Positions 40,452 to 50,951 of a stretch of 64,000 nt of DNA are shown here, piece by piece. Positions within the stretch are counted from its first letter, which is position 1. Every line of letters starts with the position of its first letter. This stretch comes from Bacilli bacterium (GTDB taxonomy: Bacteria; Bacillota_I; Bacilli_A; RF39; UBA660). Under the pieces are notes generated by a model, which was given only the letters and a program-made list of their open reading frames with translations, made no database searches and was not told the DNA's origin. A program made the translations under genes and the position numbers. The DNA lies in NCBI GenBank assembly GCA_016302505.1, contig JAEDNL010000001.1, positions 7,851 to 71,850 on the forward strand, given 5' to 3'.

Positions 40452-42471
40452 GTATAATATAAATAATTTAGATTGTGCAGGTTGTGCTAAAGAGGTAGAA
40501 AATACTTTAAATAAAAATAGTAATTTTAAGAATGTGGTTGTTAATTTTAGTACAGGAAAAATTAGTTATGAGTCTGATAAAGATATTGCTTTAAGCGAGC
40601 TTAATAGGTTAGTAAAAGCGGTAGAACCTGATGCTAGTGTAAGTATTAATGAAGAAATTAAGAAGGAAACTAATATTTATTTTTTGATTATTGGACTTAT
40701 CGTCCTTGTTGGTGCTATGTATTTGCCAATTAGTAAAAATTTTAGGATAGTTCTTTATATTATTAGTTATGGATTTCTTTTGGAAAAAACATTTATTAAA
40801 GCGGTTAAACTTTTATTTAAAAGCCATACTATTAATGAAAATATGCTTTTGACAATTTCTTGTGTTGGGGCGCTTTGTATAGATAAAGTTATGGAAGGTG
40901 CGATGGTTATTAGTTTGTATACTATTGGTAAAGTGTTAGAAGAGAAGGCATTAAATAACAGTAGGAAATTAATTAAGGGTATTTTGGAACTTAAACAGGG
41001 CTATGCTAATTTAGTTGATGGTAAAAAAATAGTTAAAACTAATGTTGAAGATATTAAACCGGGTGATGAACTTGTTGTTAAAAAAGGAGAGCGTATTCCT
41101 GTTGATGGCGTAGTTTTTAAAGGGGAGACGTATTTGGATGAGTCAGCGCTAACTGGAGAAAGTGCACTTTGTTTTGTTAAAACTGGTGATAAGGTGCTAT
41201 CTGGGTCAATTAATAAAGGGGATGTTATTCATGTTAAAACTACTACTTTATATGCTGATTCAACGGTTGCGAAAATATTAGAGCTTTTGGATAATGCTAC
41301 GGATAAGAAGACAAAGTTAGAGACTACTGTTAGTAAACTTAGTAAATACTATACGCCAATAATTTTGGGATTAGCAATTTTAGTAATTTTTATGCTTCCG
41401 ATTTTTGGAGTGTCAATGAAAGAAAGTTTTTATAGAGGGTTAACATTTTTAGTTATTTCTTGTCCTTGTGCTATTGCTATTTCTGTGCCACTTTCCTATT
41501 TTACTGGGATAGGGGCAGCTAGTAAAAATGGTATTTTAATAAAGGGTAGCAACTATTTAGATGGTTTATGTGATATAAAAAATATTGTTTTTGATAAGAC
41601 TGGGACACTTACTAGTGGTGAATTTAAAGTTAATGATGTAGAAATTGATAAAGATAGTAAATATAGTAAAGAAGAAATTATTGATATTGTTGTTAGTGGG
41701 GAAGAGATGAGTAATCATCCGCTTGCTAGTTCGCTTAAAAAACTTGGTAAGAGTAGTGGCCAAAAAATTACGAAATTTAAAGAATTAGATGGTAAAGGAG
41801 TTAGTTTTGTTTATAATAAACATGCGGTATTAATTGGTAATAAGAAGATTTGCGATTGCAAGAAAAATGCAGATGTGCATGTTGTGATAGATGGTAAACA
41901 TGAGGCCTCTATAATGCTTACTGATGGTATTAAAGATAATGCTTTTGAGATTATTAGAAATCTTAAAGATTTGGGAGTTAAAACTTATATGTTTACTGGA
42001 GATAAAAAAGAGATAGCGCTTGCAATTGGAAAGAAACTTGGGATAGATGAGATAGAGTATGAAATGTTACCAACTGATAAATTTAACGAGTTTGATAGTG
42101 TAAATAAAAGTGGAATTACGGCGTTTGTTGGTGATGGAATAAATGATGCGCCAGTTTTAAAAAGAGCAGATATTGGAATTTCCATGGGGGGAATTGGTTC
42201 GGAGTCAGCTATTGAGGCAAGTGATATTGTTCTTATGAATGATGATTTAGCTAAGATACCACTTGGAATAAGAGTTTCACAGTATACGAAAATGATAATT
42301 AAACAAGATTTGATATTTGCGATTTCTGTGAAAGTAATTATTCTACTTTTGAGTGTATTTGGTCTTGCTAATATGTGGTTTGCCGTGTTTGCTGATACGG
42401 GAGTTACAATTCTTGCAATACTAAATACTTTAAGAATTACAAATAAATTTAGAATAGAGAGGGAAAAATAA
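40438..42471 (+). CDS. cadA: Cd/Zn/Co-type heavy-metal P1B-ATPase
   Basis: HMA domain with CAGC, transmembrane CPC, DKTGTLT, GDGINDAP. Confidence 0.9.
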   Translation: MKKYKYNINNLDCAGCAKEVENTLNKNSNFKNVVVNFSTGKISYESDKDIALSELNRLVKAVEPDASVSINEEIKKETNIYFLIIGLIVLVGAMYLPISKNFRIVLYIISYGFLLEKTFIKAVKLLFKSHTINENMLLTISCVGALCIDKVMEGAMVISLYTIGKVLEEKALNNSRKLIKGILELKQGYANLVDGKKIVKTNVEDIKPGDELVVKKGERIPVDGVVFKGETYLDESALTGESALCFVKTGDKVLSGSINKGDVIHVKTTTLYADSTVAKILELLDNATDKKTKLETTVSKLSKYYTPIILGLAILVIFMLPIFGVSMKESFYRGLTFLVISCPCAIAISVPLSYFTGIGAASKNGILIKGSNYLDGLCDIKNIVFDKTGTLTSGEFKVNDVEIDKDSKYSKEEIIDIVVSGEEMSNHPLASSLKKLGKSSGQKITKFKELDGKGVSFVYNKHAVLIGNKKICDCKKNADVHVVIDGKHEASIMLTDGIKDNAFEIIRNLKDLGVKTYMFTGDKKEIALAIGKKLGIDEIEYEMLPTDKFNEFDSVNKSGITAFVGDGINDAPVLKRADIGISMGGIGSESAIEASDIVLMNDDLAKIPLGIRVSQYTKMIIKQDLIFAISVKVIILLLSVFGLANMWFAVFADTGVTILAILNTLRITNKFRIEREK

Positions 42472-42473
42472 TT

Positions 42474-43001
42474 ATGTGGATTAGTTTTATTGTAATATCT
42501 ATTGTTGGTACACTTTTACATTTTTTGTATGAAATGAGTGGACATAACAAAATAGCTGCTATATTTGCAGCTGTGAATGAAAGTACTTGGGAGCATATTA
42601 AAATTGCTCTTACGCCAAGCTTTATTTGGGGATTGTTTGATGGTTTTAAATTTGGAATGAATGAAAATTATTTTATTGCTAAAACTGCTAGTTTATTGGT
42701 AATTGTGATACTTATCCCGCTTATTTTTTATACGTATACATTTATAACTAAAAAAGCGATATTGTGGTTTGATATTATTTATTTCTATATTACTATCTTT
42801 TGTTCACAATATTTATTTAATTATATTATAAACATGAATTCTCTTGGTTTTATATATCAATATATTGCAGTTGTTCTTTTATTTGTATTATTTGGCACTT
42901 ATATGGTTGCAACATTAATGCCTCTTAAAAGACCAATTTTTAAAGATCCAATTTCTAAAAAATATGGAATTGATGGTCACACAGAAATGCATAAGCATTA
43001 A
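42474..43001 (+). CDS. Membrane protein, DUF6512-like
   Basis: GTLLHFLYEMSGHN ... AVNESTWEHIKI matches my memory of the DUF6512 signature. About 5 TMs. Confidence 0.55.
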   Translation: MWISFIVISIVGTLLHFLYEMSGHNKIAAIFAAVNESTWEHIKIALTPSFIWGLFDGFKFGMNENYFIAKTASLLVIVILIPLIFYTYTFITKKAILWFDIIYFYITIFCSQYLFNYIINMNSLGFIYQYIAVVLLFVLFGTYMVATLMPLKRPIFKDPISKKYGIDGHTEMHKH

Positions 43002-43013
43002 TTTGGAGTTTTT

Positions 43014-43547
43014 ATGAAGTTTTTAAAAAGATATATTTTGGCATTTTTGATTTTTGCAATTTGTGGTTGGCTATATGAAGAGTTTCTTTTTATAGTAGAG
43101 GATCATGTTTTGGTAAATCGTGGGTCACTGTTTGGACCATGGTTACCCATATATGGATTTGGTGGACTTGCTGTAATTTTATTGTTTTATAAATGTAAAG
43201 ATAAGAAAGTAATGATTGGTAAGGTTAATATTAGACCTATTATTTTGTTTTTTGAAACGACTATTATTTGTGTATTATTAGAACTTATTGCAACTTATAT
43301 AATTGATTTTAGACCGCTTTGGGATTATAGTGATAAATTTATGAATTTTGAAGGGCGAATTGCACTTATTCCTGGTCTTAGATTTGGAATTCTTGCTTTA
43401 TTTGGATTATATTATGTATATCCATTTGTGATAAAATTAGCGAATGTGAAAGATAAGAAAATTAACTTTTTGTATTTACTAATTTTTACATTATTTATAA
43501 TTGATGCTTTAGCTAGAATTTGGCTGGACAATAATTATAGTATGTAG
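43014..43547 (+). CDS. Membrane protein, putative ABC-transporter type IV (PF06541-like)
   Basis: CGWLYEEFLF N-terminal motif and about 5 TMs. Confidence 0.5.
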   Translation: MKFLKRYILAFLIFAICGWLYEEFLFIVEDHVLVNRGSLFGPWLPIYGFGGLAVILLFYKCKDKKVMIGKVNIRPIILFFETTIICVLLELIATYIIDFRPLWDYSDKFMNFEGRIALIPGLRFGILALFGLYYVYPFVIKLANVKDKKINFLYLLIFTLFIIDALARIWLDNNYSM

Positions 43548-43603
43548 TTGATTTTAAGGGATTATTTTGTTAGAATTGTAGGGAAGAAAGACGGGAGATA
43601 TTT

Positions 43604-45247
43604 ATGACTGATAATGAAAAACTTGCAGAGCTTCTTTATCCTGATGTAAGGCTTACAATTGATGATTTGGAAAAGAAGTATCCTAAAAGAAATCTTGATG
43701 AAAAAGCAGAAGTTTGTCGTTTTGCACCTAGTCCAACGGGTAGAATGCACATGGGAAATTTATTTGCTTCTTTTGTTCCTGAAAGATTTGCTCATCAAAG
43801 TAATGGTGTATTTATTTTAAGAATTGAAGATACTGATGATAAAAGAGCAATTGATGATGGAATAAATTTAATTATGCAGGATTTAAAAGAATATAATTAT
43901 AAAGTTGATGAGGGACCTAATTCTGGTGGGGAATATGGACCATATATTCAAAGTCAAAGAAAAGAGATTTATCATACTGTTGCTAAGTATTTAGTATCTA
44001 TTGGAAGAGCTTATCCTTGTTTTTGCAGTGAAGATGATTTAACTCACATGAGAGAACATCAAGAGCATAAGAAAGAAAGAATAGGTTATTATGGTAGGTA
44101 TGCTAAGTGTCGTAATCTAACTTATGTTGAAGTAAAAGCTCATATTGATAATGGCGATAAATGGGTTTTAAGGTTAAAGTCAATGGGCGATTTTAATAAA
44201 AAGATTGTTTTTAAAGATTTAATTAAAGGAACAATTGAATTACCAGAGAATGATATAGACCAAGTTTTAGTAAAGTCTGACGGAATTCCGCCTTATGCTT
44301 TTGCTCATGTTTGTGATGATCATTTTATGAGAGTAACTATTGTTACAAGGGATGATTCATATATTTCTTCTGTTCCTTATCATTTAGAGTTATGGGATGC
44401 TTGTAGATTTGAAAAACCAAAGTTTGCTCATTTATTACCACTTAATAAAAAAGATGGAGAAGTGGTTAGAAAACTTAGTAAGCGTAAAGATCCAGAAGCA
44501 GCAGTAGCTTTTTATCACGAAAAGGGAATACCAACAGAAGCGGTAAAACTTTATTTTGCAACACTTTTAAATTCAAATTTTGATGGTTGGTTCTTACAAA
44601 ATCAAGATAAAGATTATAATGATTTTACTTTTAGTTTTAATAAAATGAGTACAAGTGGGGGTTCTTTATTTGACATAGAAAAACTATTAAATATTTCTAA
44701 AAATTATTTAAGTAGATTGAAAGCTGAAGAGGTCTTTGCAAATTTAGATAATTGGTCTAAGGAGTTTGATAATGAGTTTAACCAGCTTATAAAACAATAT
44801 AGAGATTATACTATTTCAGTTTTAAATATTGAAAGAGAGCAAAAAAAACCAAGAAAAGATTTTGCTTGCTATAGTGAAATAAAGAAGAATATTTGGTATA
44901 TGTATGATGAATTGTTTTCCGATGTAGATTTTGATTTTAGTTTTTTGAAACATGAGGAAGATGCGAGGAAAATAGTTTCTACATATTTAAGTGACTTTTT
45001 TGATATTAATGATGATAAAGAAACTTGGTTTAATAAGATTAAAGAACTTACTGAAAAGATGGGTTATAATACTAATATGAAGGAGTATAAAGAAAATCCT
45101 GATGAGTTTAGGGGAAGTATAGCCGATATTAGTAATGTTATTAGGGTATCACTTACTACTAAGTTAACTACTCCTGATTTATTTGAAATTATAAAACTTC
45201 TTGGAAATGAGCGAGTTTGTGAAAGATTTAAAAGAATTTGTGGATAA
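43604..45247 (+). CDS. gltX: Glutamate--tRNA ligase (class I GluRS)
   Basis: RFAPSPTGRMHMGN (HIGH region), RIEDTDDKR, KLSKRK (KMSKS). Confidence 0.85.
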   Translation: MTDNEKLAELLYPDVRLTIDDLEKKYPKRNLDEKAEVCRFAPSPTGRMHMGNLFASFVPERFAHQSNGVFILRIEDTDDKRAIDDGINLIMQDLKEYNYKVDEGPNSGGEYGPYIQSQRKEIYHTVAKYLVSIGRAYPCFCSEDDLTHMREHQEHKKERIGYYGRYAKCRNLTYVEVKAHIDNGDKWVLRLKSMGDFNKKIVFKDLIKGTIELPENDIDQVLVKSDGIPPYAFAHVCDDHFMRVTIVTRDDSYISSVPYHLELWDACRFEKPKFAHLLPLNKKDGEVVRKLSKRKDPEAAVAFYHEKGIPTEAVKLYFATLLNSNFDGWFLQNQDKDYNDFTFSFNKMSTSGGSLFDIEKLLNISKNYLSRLKAEEVFANLDNWSKEFDNEFNQLIKQYRDYTISVLNIEREQKKPRKDFACYSEIKKNIWYMYDELFSDVDFDFSFLKHEEDARKIVSTYLSDFFDINDDKETWFNKIKELTEKMGYNTNMKEYKENPDEFRGSIADISNVIRVSLTTKLTTPDLFEIIKLLGNERVCERFKRICG

Positions 45248-45271
45248 TTTGTAAGTTATTCACATTTTTTA

Positions 45272-45383
45272 TTGACTTTTGGGATTGTTTTTCATATAAT
45301 TCATATTGGTACATTTTGATTTACTCTTTTATTTGGCGACGTGGGAAGTTTAAATTTATGAGAGTAATGAAAGGAATTATTTT
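45272..45383 (+). promoter_or_regulatory. rplM promoter (TTGACT-17-TATAAT) and structured 5' leader (possible L13 autoregulatory leader)
   Basis: -35 at 45272-45277 and -10 at 45295-45300. The leader stem TTACTCT (45321-45327)/AGAGTAA (45361-45367) encloses a GC-richer loop. Confidence 0.45.
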
Positions 45384-45815
45384 ATGAAGACATTTATGCA
45401 AACAAAAGAAACAGTTGATCGTAAGTGGTATGTAATTGATGCTGCTGAGTTACCTTTAGGTAGAGTTGCTACTAAGGCTGCTACTATTTTAAGAGGAAAA
45501 CATAAAGCAACATTTACACCACATATTGATTGTGGAGACTATGTAATTATTGTTAATGCATCTAAAGTTAAATTAACTGGTAATAAGATTAATGATAAGA
45601 TGTATTATAATCATTCTGGATTTCCAGGTGGACTTAGAACTCGTAATGCGAAGACTATGTTAGAAAATTATCCAGTAGAAATGGTAGAAAGAGCAGTAAA
45701 GGGAATGCTTCCAAATGGACCTTTAGGTAGACAAATGTATCGTAAGTTATTTGTTTATGCTGGAGCAGAACATAAGCAAGAGGCTCAAAAACCAACTGCT
45801 ATTACGATTGATTAG
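45384..45815 (+). CDS. rplM: 50S ribosomal protein L13
   Basis: [40 protein letters not shown]. Confidence 0.95.
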   Translation: MKTFMQTKETVDRKWYVIDAAELPLGRVATKAATILRGKHKATFTPHIDCGDYVIIVNASKVKLTGNKINDKMYYNHSGFPGGLRTRNAKTMLENYPVEMVERAVKGMLPNGPLGRQMYRKLFVYAGAEHKQEAQKPTAITID

Positions 45816-45825
45816 GAGAGAGATT

Positions 45826-46242
45826 ATGAAGAAAAGTGAAGTTACTGCAACAGGCAGAAGAAAACGTTCTATTGCTCAAGTTAAGTTAGTTACTGGTAAG
45901 GGTAATATTATAGTTAATGGAAAAGATGTAAATGAGTATATGCCTTTTCCTACACTTGTTATGGATTTGAAACAACCGTTAGTATTAACTAATAATGAAA
46001 ATACATTTGATGTTTTTGTTAAAGTTAATGGTGGTGGATTTTCAGGACAAGCTGGAGCTATTAGACTTGCTATTACTAAGGCTTTAGTTGAACTTGATGC
46101 TGATACTGACCAATCAAGAGATGATGCATATAAGAAAATTCTTAGAGAAGCTGGTTTCTTAACTCGTGATCCAAGAGTTAAAGAACGTAAAAAATATGGA
46201 CTTAAAAAGGCTCGTAGAGCACCACAATTTTCTAAACGTTAG
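45826..46242 (+). CDS. rpsI: 30S ribosomal protein S9
   Basis: [14 protein letters not shown]...[19 protein letters not shown]...[12 protein letters not shown]. Start is ATG 45826, after GGAGAG. The track ORF starts upstream, inside rplM. Confidence 0.95.
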   Translation: MKKSEVTATGRRKRSIAQVKLVTGKGNIIVNGKDVNEYMPFPTLVMDLKQPLVLTNNENTFDVFVKVNGGGFSGQAGAIRLAITKALVELDADTDQSRDDAYKKILREAGFLTRDPRVKERKKYGLKKARRAPQFSKR

Positions 46243-46259
46243 TTTAAAATGTTTCTTTT

Positions 46260-46280
46260 ACCCCTTAATTGGGGTTTTTG
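46260..46280 (+). terminator. Terminator after rpsI
   Basis: ACCCC-TTAATT-GGGGT followed by TTTTG. Confidence 0.65.
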
Positions 46281-46344
46281 TTTGCAATATTATTCTTGAT
46301 TTAAATTAAATATTAAGATAGACTATTTACTTAAGGAGATTTGT

Positions 46345-47679
46345 ATGAAGGACGTTGTAAATTTTTTAGAAAGTTTAAATATTTTAGATGATGAACTCGT
46401 AGTTTTGGCTTGCTCTTATGGGCCTGATTCTATGTGTTTATTAAATTTACTTTTGGATTGTAATTTTAATGTTGTTGTTGCTCATGTTAATCATATGGTG
46501 CGTGAAGAGTCTTTTGAGGAATATAGGCTGATGAAGGAGTACTGTGAAGAGCGTGATGTTAAATTTGAATATTATCAGTTTGAGAATAAAATTACTAAGA
46601 ATTTTGAGGCAACGGCTAGGTTAAAAAGATATAATTTTTTTGAAGAAGTATTAACTAAATATCATTCTAGATACTTGTTTACAGCTCACCACGGAGATGA
46701 TTTGGTAGAAACAGTATTAATGAGATTATCTAGGGGAGCATCTTTTAGAGGTTATGCTGGGTTTAGAGAGATTAGTGATTTTAGAGGTAAATTTTTAGTT
46801 AGACCTTTATTGTTTGTTGCAAAAGAAGATATTAATAAATTTAATTCTAAGAGGAATATTCCTTCTTCTTTTGATTATACTAATGCTGATAAGAGTTTTA
46901 CACGAAATAGGTATCGTTTAGATGTTTTACCAATACTTAAAGATATTAATCCTAAAATTCACAAGAAATTCATAAAGTTCAGTCATACTATAAGTGAATA
47001 TGATGATTATGTTGAAAATGAGGTTAAAATTTTATATAGTCGTTTATATTCATTTAATAGATTAGATTTGAATGAGTTTGATGTTTTACCCCTTCTACTA
47101 AAAAAACGTTTACTGTGTGAGATATTTTCTAATTTATATAATGGTGAAATTATTAATATTAATGATAAGCATTTAAATCTAATCTTTAATTTGATTGATA
47201 GTAAGTCTTGTGGACAGGTTAATTTACCTAAGAAGATTATGGTTGTAAAGTATTATAATATCTTAGAGTTTAAAGTTAATGATGCCGGTTTAAAAAGATT
47301 TGATTATATATTTGAAGATAAAGTTATGCTTCCTTTTGGTTATATTGAAAAGTTAAGTGAAGATATTAATTCAAAAAGTAATTATATTATTAGATTAAGT
47401 TCTAAGGAGATAAGTTTACCACTACATGTAAGATCAAGATGTAATGGTGATATTATGTTTGTTAAAAATTTAAATGGTAGCAAGAAAATTAAGAATATTT
47501 TGATTGATGAAAAGGTTCCTTCTGATAAAAGAGATGGGGTGCCAGTTGTTACTGATAGTGATGGTAAAATTTTATGGCTTGCAGGCGTAAAAAAGAGTAA
47601 ATTTGATAAACAAAGTGATGAATATTATGATATAATATTAAGGTATGTAAAAAAGGAGAAAGAGTTTGATGAAGAATAA
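46345..47679 (+). CDS. tilS: tRNA(Ile)-lysidine synthase
   Basis: PP-loop LACSYGPDSMCLL, TAHHGDDLVETVLMRL, and a C-terminal TilS domain (RSRCNGDIM ... PVVTDSDGKILWLAGV). Confidence 0.88.
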   Translation: MKDVVNFLESLNILDDELVVLACSYGPDSMCLLNLLLDCNFNVVVAHVNHMVREESFEEYRLMKEYCEERDVKFEYYQFENKITKNFEATARLKRYNFFEEVLTKYHSRYLFTAHHGDDLVETVLMRLSRGASFRGYAGFREISDFRGKFLVRPLLFVAKEDINKFNSKRNIPSSFDYTNADKSFTRNRYRLDVLPILKDINPKIHKKFIKFSHTISEYDDYVENEVKILYSRLYSFNRLDLNEFDVLPLLLKKRLLCEIFSNLYNGEIININDKHLNLIFNLIDSKSCGQVNLPKKIMVVKYYNILEFKVNDAGLKRFDYIFEDKVMLPFGYIEKLSEDINSKSNYIIRLSSKEISLPLHVRSRCNGDIMFVKNLNGSKKIKNILIDEKVPSDKRDGVPVVTDSDGKILWLAGVKKSKFDKQSDEYYDIILRYVKKEKEFDEE

Positions 47680-49639
47680 GAAAAGTTATACTAAACAGTC
47701 AGTTCCGTATGCGATATTATTTATTGTTATTATTGGAGTATTATTGTTTTTTAATTTATCTCAATATAAGGTTTATGAGTATTCTTATGATGAGTTTATT
47801 AAAAGATTATCTGAAGGAGAAGTTACTAAGTTAGAGATAACACCAAAGAATGGTTCAGGTGTTTATGTTATTGATGGTGCTTTAAAAGATTATAAGAGTA
47901 CTGAAAGCTTTAGAGTTAATGCACCTTTATCTGATACTGTTTTAGAGAAAGTAATGAAGTATGTTGATGAAGATGATATTGAGGTTATTACGAATGCTAA
48001 TCCAGAAAATAATGGATTTGTAACGGTTTTAATCAATGTTGTTCCAACTGTATTATTAATTGGTGCAACTATTTGGTTATTTTCAAAGATTAGTGGAAGT
48101 AATAAAAATAGTATGGACTTTGGAAGAAGCCGTGCTAAATTAAATGAGGAAGCTAAGGCTAAATTTAGTGATGTTGCTGGTCTTGTTGAGGAAAAAGAAG
48201 AAGTTGCTGAGTTAATTGATTTCTTAAAAAATCCAAAGAAATTTCAAAAACTTGGTGCTAGAATTCCAAAGGGAGTTTTACTTGTAGGGCCTCCAGGAAC
48301 TGGTAAAACATTACTTGCTAAAGCTGTTGCTGGTGAGGCAAATGTACCATTTTATTATATTAGTGGTTCTGATTTTGTTGAGTTATTTGTTGGTGTTGGG
48401 GCTTCACGTGTTCGTGATATGTTTAAACAAGCTAAACAATCAGCGCCTTGCTTAATATTTATTGATGAAATAGATGCTGTTGGTCGTCAAAGAGGTACTG
48501 GTTTAGGCGGTGGCCATGATGAAAGAGAGCAAACTCTTAACCAATTATTAACTGAAATGGATGGTTTTGGTGCTAACGAAGGAATTATTATTATTGCTGC
48601 AACCAATAGACCTGATGTTTTAGATCCAGCTTTACTTAGACCAGGTAGATTTGATAGACAAGTTACTGTTAGTCTTCCAGATCAAAAGGAAAGAGAAGCT
48701 ATATTAAATGTTCATGCTCGTAATAAAATATTTGATAAGAGTGTAAATTTATCTAATATTTCAAAACGTACACCAGGATTTAGTGGGGCAGATTTAGAAA
48801 ATTTACTTAATGAAGCAGCACTTCTAGCGGTAAGAAGAAATTTACCAGCAATTACGATGGCTGAAATTGATGAAGCAACTGATAGAGTTTTAATGGGACC
48901 TGCTAAGGTAAGTCATACAATTACACCAAAAGAGAAAGAATTAATTGCTTTACATGAAAGTGGTCATGCAGTAATTGGAATGAAAGTTCCTGATGCTGAG
49001 GTTGTTCATAAGATTACAATTATTCCTAGAGGTGTAGCTGGTGGTTATACAATGATGCTTCCTAAGGAAGAAAAAATTGCGATTATGACTAAGAGTGAAC
49101 TTCTATCTACTATTACCGGATTGCTTGGTGGTAGAGTGAGTGAAGAATTATTCTTTGGTGAAATAACTACTGGGGCTAGTGATGACTTTAGTAAAGCCAC
49201 TAAGATTGCTCGTTCTATGGTTACTGAGTACGGTATGAGTGATTTAGGACCTGTACAATTAGAACAAAAAAGTGAAGGCGTTTTCTTAGGACGTGATTAT
49301 AATAAGAGTAAAAACTTTAGTGATGCTGTTGCTTTAGAAATAGATCAAGAAGTTAGAAAGATTATGAGTCAGTGTTATAAGGAAGCTACAAGAATTTTAA
49401 AAGAAAATGAGAAATTAGTTAGATTACTTGCTGATACTTTAATTGAAAGAGAAACTATTACTAAAGAAGAAATTGAAGAATTAGTTGAAACTGGTCATAT
49501 TTCAGATGGTTTTGAACCAAAAGAAGAAGAAATAGATTTAAAAGAAAGAGCGAAAGTTTTAGGTATTAAAGGATACAATAAAATGAGCTTGGAAGAATTA
49601 AAAGAAGCAATCAAAGATGCAGAGAACTCTTTAAAATAG
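47666..49639 (+). CDS. ftsH: ATP-dependent zinc metalloprotease FtsH
   Basis: [28 protein letters not shown], the SRH region, and the HESGHAV zinc site. Start is TTG 47666 or ATG 47669. Confidence 0.95.
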   Translation: MMKNKKSYTKQSVPYAILFIVIIGVLLFFNLSQYKVYEYSYDEFIKRLSEGEVTKLEITPKNGSGVYVIDGALKDYKSTESFRVNAPLSDTVLEKVMKYVDEDDIEVITNANPENNGFVTVLINVVPTVLLIGATIWLFSKISGSNKNSMDFGRSRAKLNEEAKAKFSDVAGLVEEKEEVAELIDFLKNPKKFQKLGARIPKGVLLVGPPGTGKTLLAKAVAGEANVPFYYISGSDFVELFVGVGASRVRDMFKQAKQSAPCLIFIDEIDAVGRQRGTGLGGGHDEREQTLNQLLTEMDGFGANEGIIIIAATNRPDVLDPALLRPGRFDRQVTVSLPDQKEREAILNVHARNKIFDKSVNLSNISKRTPGFSGADLENLLNEAALLAVRRNLPAITMAEIDEATDRVLMGPAKVSHTITPKEKELIALHESGHAVIGMKVPDAEVVHKITIIPRGVAGGYTMMLPKEEKIAIMTKSELLSTITGLLGGRVSEELFFGEITTGASDDFSKATKIARSMVTEYGMSDLGPVQLEQKSEGVFLGRDYNKSKNFSDAVALEIDQEVRKIMSQCYKEATRILKENEKLVRLLADTLIERETITKEEIEELVETGHISDGFEPKEEEIDLKERAKVLGIKGYNKMSLEELKEAIKDAENSLK

Positions 49640-49650
49640 AGTTCTTTTTT
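49623..49650 (+). terminator. Terminator overlapping the ftsH stop
   Basis: AGAACTCT-TTAAAAT-AGAGTTCT followed by T6. Confidence 0.65.
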
Positions 49651-49680
49651 GTTATACTAATTATAGTAAAGGAGAACAGT

Positions 49681-50766
49681 ATGAAATATAAATGCGAAAA
49701 ATGTGGACAAATAATAGATTATGAACATAATTTTTGCCCTTATTGTGGACAAGTGACTGCTAAGGGATTTATGTTTTTTAAAGATCCCCATAATCAGGAG
49801 TTATTTAAGGGTGCTGGTTTTGCTCTTAGGAAAAGAATTGGTATGTATTTTTCTTTATGCGTAATTATACTTACGATAGGTGCTGGTTTAGTTGCGTATA
49901 GACAAATGGATTTATTTAGACCTTTTGCTTATTTAAATCAGAAATATTTTTATTACAAGCACGGCTATTATAGAACTTTACTGGATAATAATATTTTATA
50001 TGTAGATGAAATAGATTCAGAATTAGAGGCAAAAAGTTTAATAAAAAAAGATACTAGTAATCAATCTTGGAAGTGTGTTTATGATGAAGAATTATCTAGA
50101 AAACAGGTGGCTTACGAAGAAAAATACGGTATTATGAATATTAATTTATGTGATTTAGATTTAGAAACATCAGAAAAAATTTTTAATGTTTTAGATGTTT
50201 ATGATGGATTATTTCCAAATACTTTAAATAGACTAACTAATTTAACACTTACAAATTCTGATGATGATAATGATTTTATAGCAGTTTTTAATCCGCTTAA
50301 TAATATTTTAAAGAATTCGGATAAACTTGTTAATAAGACAGAGATTTTGCTAAATAGTTATTTCTTTTTGAATAAAGATATCATGAATAGTTATAATATA
50401 AGGAGCCAGTGGTATGTTAGGAATGCTTCTTGGGAGTCATTGTTAGCTCATGAATTGGGACATTATTTACTATATTACTATGCTTTATCAAGTTTTGGTA
50501 ATAATTCGTTTTTATATGTTAATGAAGATAATATGATTGAGTTTGCTGATTTTGAAAATTTGTTTTTGAATGAATATTTTGCGAAAGGAATATTGGATAA
50601 TTTAAATATTAGTGAAGTTAATATGTCAGAATATGCGGCTGAATCTTTCAACTTAGGTAATTATAGTGAGGTAATTGCTGAGGCAGTTCATGACTATTTT
50701 GTTAATAGGGAAGATGCTGATAGTGATAGTTTACGGATAGTTTATTATATAAAAGGAGCATTATAA
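49681..50766 (+). CDS. Zinc-ribbon, single-TM protein with an HExxH motif (putative metallopeptidase-like)
   Basis: YKCEKCG...FCPYCG, one TM segment, HELGHYL. Confidence 0.5.
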   Translation: MKYKCEKCGQIIDYEHNFCPYCGQVTAKGFMFFKDPHNQELFKGAGFALRKRIGMYFSLCVIILTIGAGLVAYRQMDLFRPFAYLNQKYFYYKHGYYRTLLDNNILYVDEIDSELEAKSLIKKDTSNQSWKCVYDEELSRKQVAYEEKYGIMNINLCDLDLETSEKIFNVLDVYDGLFPNTLNRLTNLTLTNSDDDNDFIAVFNPLNNILKNSDKLVNKTEILLNSYFFLNKDIMNSYNIRSQWYVRNASWESLLAHELGHYLLYYYALSSFGNNSFLYVNEDNMIEFADFENLFLNEYFAKGILDNLNISEVNMSEYAAESFNLGNYSEVIAEAVHDYFVNREDADSDSLRIVYYIKGAL

Positions 50767-50939
50767 TGAGATGTCATAATTGTGGAAAGAAATTAGTAAA
50801 ACATAGCAAGTACTGTTCATATTGTGGGCTAAGAAGACAGTTTGTTTTTTCGTTTTTATTTGTTAGGGTATTTCTTGTTGTGTTGATATTTCTATTTATT
50901 TTATTATTAATTATGCTTGGTTTATCATTTGTATTGTAA
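50766..50939 (+). CDS. 57-aa zinc-ribbon membrane protein (below the ORF-track cutoff)
   Basis: Own translation: MRCHNCGKKLVKHSKYCSYCGLRRQFVFSFLFVRVFLVVLIFLFILLLIMLGLSFVL. It has a TAATG overlap with the upstream gene. Confidence 0.5.
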   Translation: MRCHNCGKKLVKHSKYCSYCGLRRQFVFSFLFVRVFLVVLIFLFILLLIMLGLSFVL

Positions 50940-50951
50940 AGGATGTGTTTT

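Noticed and set aside
43548-43603. T-box leader upstream of gltX
   Set aside because: Only about 55 nt separate it from the preceding gene. That is far too short for a T-box, and no specifier or T-box sequence (AANNNGGTGGNACCGCG) is present.
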